Assembly (NCBI GenBank): GCA_048499675.1
Contig: JASNZL010000005.1
Coordinates: 7,386 to 71,385, forward strand
Length of the DNA stretch: 64,000 nucleotides
DNA from: Candidatus Zambryskiibacteriota bacterium
Lineage (GTDB): Bacteria > Patescibacteriota > Minisyncoccia > Phycocordibacterales > WO2-35-19
Direction of reading: 5' to 3'
A program made the translations under genes and the position numbers. A model generated the notes under the pieces. It was given only the letters and a program-made list of their open reading frames with translations, was not told the origin of the DNA and ran no database searches. Shown piece after piece: positions 57,664-64,000 of the stretch (position 1 is the first letter of the stretch; each line of letters begins with the position of its first letter).

Positions 57664-58107
57664 ATGACAATAATTTACGAAACTGAAAACTTTGTAATCG
57701 AATCACATGAAAAGCCAGAAGTAGATAGGCTCGAAGGTGGTCATATTAAGATAAGTCCCAAAGTTGATGTTGAGGATAGAACCAAACTATCTCCACGACA
57801 AGCGATCGAACTTATGAGACTTACCATGGTTGCCGGAGAAGCTCTAGTTAAAATGATGGCTTCAATTGGAGTAGAGATTGGAAGAATCAATTATCAGGAT
57901 AATGGTAATTGGAAACCATCTCTACATGTCCATCTTTACGGAAGAGCCAAAAGTGCAGTAATGCAAAAATTTGGCGATCCAATTATCCCTGGCCACAAAG
58001 AAGAATACGAACCCTTAACTGATTCCGATATTCAGATCTTAAAGGCAGAAGTTGAGGCTAAATCTAGTGAAGAAAAGTATTCAGATGCGGCTTGGGGGTT
58101 GAAATAG
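57664..58107 (+). CDS. HIT-family-like protein.
   Basis: GGHIKISPK and SLHVHLYGR (His-phi-His-phi). Confidence 0.4.
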   Translation: MTIIYETENFVIESHEKPEVDRLEGGHIKISPKVDVEDRTKLSPRQAIELMRLTMVAGEALVKMMASIGVEIGRINYQDNGNWKPSLHVHLYGRAKSAVMQKFGDPIIPGHKEEYEPLTDSDIQILKAEVEAKSSEEKYSDAAWGLK

Positions 58108-58493
58108 AAGACGGAGGTCTCATAGAGTTTAAAATATAGTACCGCGAGGTATTATATTTTAAACTCGAAGATGCCGAAATTTGCCCACAAAGCAAATTTC
58201 GGCGTGGAGAATACGGTCAAAAGAAAGCCTGTGATCCTATCAAGATTACAGGCCTTTGGGCTGAATATTGCACAGTGCGTTCATCTCCGCCGTATGGGGA
58301 AAAGGCAAAAACCACGGGTTCATTGATTCAGCACCCAAGCAATACTCCCTGACGCCTTTATACTTCGGTTGCCCGAAACTATATTAACCGAAAGTATTAG
58401 AAGATGAAAGTACTATAGAATTTAAAATTTAGACAATAATAAAGACCCCTTTACCTTTGCGCTTTTGCATTGATATTGGGGTCTGCCGAAATC

Positions 58494-58563
58494 CGAAGTC
58501 GGAAGTCGGAAGTCGGAAGTCGGAAGTCGGAAGTCGGAAGTCGGAAGTCGGAAGTCGGAAGTC
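58494..58563. repeat. Heptanucleotide microsatellite (GGAAGTC)x~10.
   Basis: Perfect tandem copies read directly; about 255 nt upstream of the next gene. Confidence 0.9.
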
Positions 58564-58819
58564 TTTCTTAATTATACACAATATCGTTTATTTGTCAAAG
58601 TTGCTCAGTTATTAAATTCCAACTCAATCAATTTGAGCGAACAGATGATGGCTGAGAGGTTTCTTTTTTTGAACATTTAGAATTTTTGATTTGTTTAGGA
58701 TTTCTGATTTAGAATTTAGAATTTTATTCTAAAATATGGTATAATAGTCATATTAAAATTAATCGAAGTTGGGTCGCACTCCAATCGGCGTATCGTGCGA
58801 CATGATCTCGCTAAATCAT

Positions 58820-59719
58820 ATGGAAAATAAAACATCGGCAAAAGATTTCTTCCTTCACTTGGGTGTGACAATATCTTTGTACGCTACAGTTATAGCTTTT
58901 CTTAATCTATTATTTAGAGTAATAGACAAAGCTTTTCCAAACATGGTCACAAATGGATATTATTGGAGTAGTGGTGCAGGCATCAGTATGCCGGTCGCAA
59001 CCCTTATTGTCATCTTTCCTATTTTTGTTTTTCTATCATGGCTTGTATATAAAAGTTATGAAGAAAATCAGAGTAAGAAAGATTTAGGAATTAGAAAGTG
59101 GCTCATATACATAACTCTTTTTGTGGCTGGGATAATTTTGGCAGGTGACTTGGTTTCCATAATATACAAATTTCTCGACGGACAAGATTTGACTTATGCC
59201 TTTCTCCTTAAATCACTTTCTGTTTTTGTTGTGATGGGCGCTGTCTTTGGATATTTCTTGTGTGATTTGAGAGATAAAATGACCTCGCAAAAAAGAAAAA
59301 TTTGGACTGTCTCGGTTTCCGTTTTAATCCTGCTTGCTATAATTTTGGGCTTTAGTGTAATTGGAAGTCCTAAGACACAAAGGTTACTCAAGTACGATAA
59401 CGAGAAAATAAATTCACTTTCAAATATGCAGTGGATGGTTGTAAATTATTGGCAAGAAAATGGAATGCTTCCAGAAACATTGCCTAACCCTCCAATTGAT
59501 AGACAAACAGGCAAACCTTTTGAATACAAAAAAACAGGTGATATGACTTATGAAATTTGCGCAGAATTCAATCTTCCAAATGAAATGCAAAATGATAATA
59601 CAGGAATTTATAGAGATAAGTTTATGGGACAAAATGAAGATTGGGACCATTCTGCCGGAAGACATTGTTTTGAAAGAGAGATTGACCCCGTGATGTATCC
59701 AACGAGGGTGAGAGGGTAA
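58820..59719 (+). CDS. Polytopic membrane protein with a C-terminal soluble Cys-containing domain. The long ORF begins at 58769; the likely start is ATG 58820.
   Basis: Multiple TM segments. Confidence 0.45.
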   Translation: MENKTSAKDFFLHLGVTISLYATVIAFLNLLFRVIDKAFPNMVTNGYYWSSGAGISMPVATLIVIFPIFVFLSWLVYKSYEENQSKKDLGIRKWLIYITLFVAGIILAGDLVSIIYKFLDGQDLTYAFLLKSLSVFVVMGAVFGYFLCDLRDKMTSQKRKIWTVSVSVLILLAIILGFSVIGSPKTQRLLKYDNEKINSLSNMQWMVVNYWQENGMLPETLPNPPIDRQTGKPFEYKKTGDMTYEICAEFNLPNEMQNDNTGIYRDKFMGQNEDWDHSAGRHCFEREIDPVMYPTRVRG

Positions 59720-59933
59720 GAAAGTAAATTACTCTAATTTCTAATTGACCTAATTATTCTAAAGGGGAAGCTTAGAGCTTAGAGATAAGAGGTTGGAGGC
59801 AAGAGTGGATAAATTTCTAATTACCCTAATTAATCTAATTATTCTAAATATCAAACGACTAAAACGAGCGGTTTGAGATTTTAGATAAAAAATAAGAAAA
59901 AACTATTATTTTTTAGAATAGTGTTGTATATTT

Positions 59934-62900
59934 TTGTATATGGAAGAAAAAGAAAAAAATAATAATTACGAACATAAAAACATTGAATCTAAGTGGCCCC
60001 ACTCCGCTGAAGCTTTGCGGGGCAAGCAGAATTATAGTCATAAAGAGATTGAGCTAAAGTGGCAAAATATTTGGAAGGAAAATAAACTTTTCGAAACCCC
60101 TAACGAAGTTCCTGGAAAAAAGAATTTTTATACGTTAGTAGAATTTCCATATCCATCTGGTAATTTACATATTGGACATTGGTATGCGTTTGCGGTGCCG
60201 GATATTTTTGCACGAGCAAAAAGAATGCAAGATTATAATGTTTTGTTTCCAATCGGTTTTGACTCTTTTGGATTGCCAGCAGAAAACGCGGCGATAAAAA
60301 GAGGACTTGATCCAAAAAAATGGACCTACGAAAATATTGAATATATGGAGAAGCAACTTGCTTCAATGGGTAACAGCTTTGATTGGTCTCGTAAAGTGAT
60401 AACTTCTGATCCAGAATACTACAAATGGACTCAATGGCTTTTTTTGGAGCTCTTTAAAAAAGGTTTGGCCTACAAGAAAAAGGCGCTTGTAAATTGGTGT
60501 CCGTCTTGTCAGACGGTGCTTGCAAATGAGCAAGTGGTAAATGGTAAATGTGAAAGATGTGATAGTGAGGTGGTGCAAAAAGATTTGGAGCAGTGGTTTT
60601 TCAAAATAACTGATTATGCCGAGAGACTTCTTGCTGATATGGATAATTTGGATTGGCCAGAACCTATAAAGGAAGCGCAGAGGAATTGGATAGGTAAGAG
60701 TGTTGGAACAGTAATAGATTTTAAGATCCAACACTCTTCGCAGAAAGACGCAGAAGAAACGCAGAATAACCCAGAAAATATTCAGCAAAGTTCTGCGTCT
60801 ATTCAGCGTAGTTTTGCGACTTCGGTAGAAGTATTTACAACAAGGGCGGATACTTTGTTTGGAGCAACGTATATTGTTCTCGCGCCAGAATACAAAGAAA
60901 TTGAAAATTTAAAATTGAAAATTGAAAATTGGGACGAAGTCCAAGATTACATAAACGGAGCAAAGAGGAAAACGGAAATAGAGAGGACGGATGTAAAAAA
61001 AGAGAAAACGGGTGTAGAAATAGAAGGAATAAAAGCAGTAAATCCAGCAACAGGAGAAGAAATACCAGTCTGGGTTGCTGATTATGTTTTGGGAAATTAT
61101 GGAACCGGAGCAGTGATGGCTGTGCCAGCTCATGACGAACGCGACTTTGAGTTTGCCAAGAAATATAATTTGCCAATTAGACAAGTCATAGAACCAAAAT
61201 TTGTAGGATTGACTGGGGATGGGGCCGTTAAACCAGATATGGATTTTGTAAAGAGAGAAGCTGTGTGTGCTGTTGTGAGAAATCCAAAAGATGATAGTTA
61301 TCTTTGTGTCAGTTGGAAAAATTTTGTAATGAATGGGCTTGTTACTGGCGGGATAGAAGATGGGGAAGATCCTGTAGATTGCGCAAGAAGAGAAATTAGA
61401 GAAGAGACAGGTTACAAAAATTTGAAATTTGTAAGAAAATCAAATATTGCGATAAATACTTTTTTCTATCACCGTGTAAAAGAACAAAATCGCCACGCTC
61501 ATTTTCAATTTGTCTTTTTTGATTTGGAAAACGAAGAGAAAGATGTGGTGGATGAAAAAGAAAGCGCTTTGCATGAGATCGTGTGGAAAAAGAAAGATGA
61601 GCTAAAAGATTTTTTCACTGTTTTTGAGGGTGATTTTATAGTAAATATTTTGGATGATGATAAATTTGTATATACAGACGAAGGAATCGTGTCTAACTCA
61701 AAAGAATTTAATGGAATGGAAAGTGAGTCTGCGAGGGAGAAGATAGCAGAAAAATTTGGTCAAAAGGAGATTAAATATAAATTAAGAGATTGGCTCTTGA
61801 GTAGGCAGAGATATTGGGGTTGTCCAATACCAGTTGTTTACGATCCGGAAGGCAACCCTCATCCAGTCAAAGAAGAACACTTACCTTGGCTTTTGCCAGA
61901 GGACAATATTGATTTTACTCCAAAGGGCACATCACCCCTTGCGTCATCAAAAGAATTAAAAGAGAGGGTAGAAAAATTATATGGTAAGGGGTGGACTCCA
62001 GAATTTGACACTATGGATACTTTTGTCGATTCCTCATGGTACTTCATCGCGTATTGTATACGCGAAAATCTCAAATCCCAAATTCCAATTTCCAAACAAT
62101 TTCAAAATTCAGAAATTCAAAATAAGCTTAAATCATGGATGCCGATTTCGAGGTATTCCGGTGGGGCAGAACACACCACTATGCATCTTTTGTATTCCAG
62201 ATTTTTTCATAAAGCACTATTTGATTTGGGTTTGGTAAATGAGTCAGAGCCATTTAAAGTGAGAATGAATAGAGGACTTATACTTGGACCAGATGGTCAA
62301 AAGATGAGTAAGTCAAAAGGTAATGTGATTGATCCGGGTGAGTGGATAGAAAAAGTAGGAGCCGATACGGTGAGGATGTATCTTGCTTTTATTGGTCCAT
62401 ACAATGGAGCGGGACAGTATCCATGGGATTTGGGAGGAATTGCAGGGATGAGGAGATTTTTGGAGAGAGTATGGAAGATTCAGTTACTAATCGCTAAGCG
62501 CGAGACACTAACAGAAGAGAAAGATACAAAAAAGCTAGCGACTAGCGACTCGCGTCTAGAAACTTTACTCCACAAAACTATAAAAAAGGTGACGGAGGAT
62601 ATAGAGAGTTATAAATTTAATACAGCTATTTCTAGTATGATGATTTTGTTAAATGAACTGGACACTAATTCACGAGTGAATGCAAATGACACGAATAAAA
62701 TACCAAAAGGAATTTTTGAAATATTTTTGAAGTTGCTCGCTCCTTTTGCTCCACACATAACAGAAGAAATTTGGTCCAATTTTGGCCATACTACATCGAT
62801 ACATTTGGAAGATTGGCCAAAATATGATGAAAGTAAAATAAAGTCAGAAAGTGTTAATATTGCTATTTCTATAAACGGCAAAGTAAGACTTGTAAAGGAG

Positions 62901-63038
62901 TTTAAAGAGGGGATAGAAGAAGAAGAATTAAAAAAGCTGGTTTTGGAGATGGAAGAGGTCAAGAAATGGATTTCTCAAAAAGAAATTAAGAAGATTATTT
63001 ACGTAAAAAACAAGCTAATAAACTTTGTTTTGGGTTAG
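59934..63038 (+). CDS. leuS: Leucyl-tRNA synthetase with an inserted Nudix-like domain and a shortened CP1 editing region.
   Basis: PYPSGNLHIGHWY (HIGH), KMSKSKGN, YGTGAVMAVPAHDERDFEFAKKY. The inserted block GGIEDGEDPVDCARREIREETGY fits the Nudix box GX5EX7REUXEEXGU. Total length 1034 aa. Confidence 0.8.
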   Translation: MYMEEKEKNNNYEHKNIESKWPHSAEALRGKQNYSHKEIELKWQNIWKENKLFETPNEVPGKKNFYTLVEFPYPSGNLHIGHWYAFAVPDIFARAKRMQDYNVLFPIGFDSFGLPAENAAIKRGLDPKKWTYENIEYMEKQLASMGNSFDWSRKVITSDPEYYKWTQWLFLELFKKGLAYKKKALVNWCPSCQTVLANEQVVNGKCERCDSEVVQKDLEQWFFKITDYAERLLADMDNLDWPEPIKEAQRNWIGKSVGTVIDFKIQHSSQKDAEETQNNPENIQQSSASIQRSFATSVEVFTTRADTLFGATYIVLAPEYKEIENLKLKIENWDEVQDYINGAKRKTEIERTDVKKEKTGVEIEGIKAVNPATGEEIPVWVADYVLGNYGTGAVMAVPAHDERDFEFAKKYNLPIRQVIEPKFVGLTGDGAVKPDMDFVKREAVCAVVRNPKDDSYLCVSWKNFVMNGLVTGGIEDGEDPVDCARREIREETGYKNLKFVRKSNIAINTFFYHRVKEQNRHAHFQFVFFDLENEEKDVVDEKESALHEIVWKKKDELKDFFTVFEGDFIVNILDDDKFVYTDEGIVSNSKEFNGMESESAREKIAEKFGQKEIKYKLRDWLLSRQRYWGCPIPVVYDPEGNPHPVKEEHLPWLLPEDNIDFTPKGTSPLASSKELKERVEKLYGKGWTPEFDTMDTFVDSSWYFIAYCIRENLKSQIPISKQFQNSEIQNKLKSWMPISRYSGGAEHTTMHLLYSRFFHKALFDLGLVNESEPFKVRMNRGLILGPDGQKMSKSKGNVIDPGEWIEKVGADTVRMYLAFIGPYNGAGQYPWDLGGIAGMRRFLERVWKIQLLIAKRETLTEEKDTKKLATSDSRLETLLHKTIKKVTEDIESYKFNTAISSMMILLNELDTNSRVNANDTNKIPKGIFEIFLKLLAPFAPHITEEIWSNFGHTTSIHLEDWPKYDESKIKSESVNIAISINGKVRLVKEFKEGIEEEELKKLVLEMEEVKKWISQKEIKKIIYVKNKLINFVLG

Positions 63039-63191
63039 ATTGTTATTCACAGGTATTAAATTATTATAAAATACAGCCAAAAATAAGGATATTTCAATAT
63101 ACACTTTATATTTGACAAAAAAATGAGGTGTGATATTGTGTATAAGTAAATGTGGTATAATATTTAAAACTAAAATACTAATAATTAATTT

Positions 63192-64000
63192 ATGAAAAAA
63201 GAAAATAGACCAAAGACATACTCACTCTCATTTAATGCAAAACAAGTTGTCAAAAAACTTTTAAGCTCGTTGCCTCCAAGAGCGCAAGATGTGCTTATTG
63301 GTAGATTTGGTTTGAATAAGGACGGAGATGAAATGACCCTTGATGCTATAGGCAAAAAATATGGAATAACAAGAGAAAGAGTAAGACAGATTGAAAATTA
63401 TGCCCTAAACCATATCAGGAAATCAGATCAATACGAAAAAGAAAAAGACGTATTTGAGGAATTGACAACCATAATAAATAAAATGGGGGGAATTATTTCA
63501 GAAGAAGATCTTTTGGATACACTATCAAAAGATGATGCTTCAAAAAAATCTATACATTTTATTTTGGTTGTTGGAGATCAGTTTAATAAAGTAAAAGAGG
63601 ATTTGGAATTTAAGCACAGGTGGCATGTTGATAAAAACCTTTCAGATAAAATACACGAAGCTTTAAAAAATCTATACGAAAAATTAGGCGATGATGAGAT
63701 AATTCCGGAATCAGAAATGGTATCCTCATTTTTGGACCACCTAAAAGATGTTTCTGATGATTACAAAAAAGATGAAATTATAACTAGGTGGCTATCTATT
63801 TCAAAAAATATTTCTAAGAATCCTCTTGGTGAGTGGGGAAGAACAAAATCTTCAAATATAAAAACAAAGGGGGTGAGGGATTATGCGTATTTGATTTTGA
63901 GAAAGCATGGTTCGCCAATTCATTTTAGAGAAGTGGCAAAACTAATAGGAGAAGTTTTCAAAAAGAAGGCTCATGTGGCAACCACACACAACGAGTTAAT
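63192..64000 (+). CDS. Partial sigma-70 region-4 (HTH) domain protein, running off the right edge.
   Basis: MTLDAIGKKYGITRERVRQIENYALNHIRK (sigma70 r4-type HTH). Upstream TTGACA and an extended -10 TGtgGTATAAT. Confidence 0.45.
   Translation, partial: MKKENRPKTYSLSFNAKQVVKKLLSSLPPRAQDVLIGRFGLNKDGDEMTLDAIGKKYGITRERVRQIENYALNHIRKSDQYEKEKDVFEELTTIINKMGGIISEEDLLDTLSKDDASKKSIHFILVVGDQFNKVKEDLEFKHRWHVDKNLSDKIHEALKNLYEKLGDDEIIPESEMVSSFLDHLKDVSDDYKKDEIITRWLSISKNISKNPLGEWGRTKSSNIKTKGVRDYAYLILRKHGSPIHFREVAKLIGEVFKKKAHVATTHNEL

Noticed and set aside
58494-58563. CRISPR array.
   Set aside because: A 7-nt perfect tandem unit with no spacers is a microsatellite, not a CRISPR array. No other repeat-spacer structure is seen in the window.

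Overview
AT-rich, compact bacterial window with frequent 4-nt gene overlaps. It carries a housekeeping core typical of a small, reduced genome, possibly Patescibacteria/CPR-like (inference): valS, typA/bipA, ychF, leuS, cyclophilin, glucose-6-phosphate isomerase (PGI), a ROK kinase and several transporters. This core is interrupted by several accessory or foreign segments.
(1) 1-11.1 kb: a mobile/defence island. It holds a leftward operon (zf-CHC2/Toprim primase fused to a P-loop NTPase, plus several unknown proteins) and a divergent Type III R-M system (excisionase-type HTH, Mod, Res).
(2) 11.2-21.2 kb: tandem Nudix paralogs, an S51 peptidase and a P-loop kinase, then a glycan-modification locus. 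The locus includes a GT2-GT9 (heptosyltransferase-like) fusion, a NodU/CmcH-type carbamoyltransferase, GT4-like and GT8-like glycosyltransferases and a methyltransferase.
(3) About 21.2-32.3 kb: a putative integrated element. It carries a frameshifted large serine recombinase, an Abi_2/HEPN-like gene and GC-rich cargo. The cargo includes a split rifampin-phosphotransferase/PEP-synthase-like kinase, a chloramphenicol-phosphotransferase-like kinase and two ANT-like nucleotidyltransferases. Both ends are non-coding and rich in GAGAC/GTCTC iterons and perfect hairpins.
(4) Several small GC-rich islets lie in otherwise AT-rich DNA. The most notable is a 2.76-kb insertion flanked by a 21-bp perfect direct repeat that duplicates the 5' end of ychF; it carries a strongly SD-driven 4-gene cassette and a P-loop kinase.
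(5) LeuRS appears to carry an inserted Nudix domain and a shortened CP1 editing region.
No rRNA, tRNA or CRISPR array was recognised. All calls come from reading motifs in the ORF translations and the DNA; no database search was possible.
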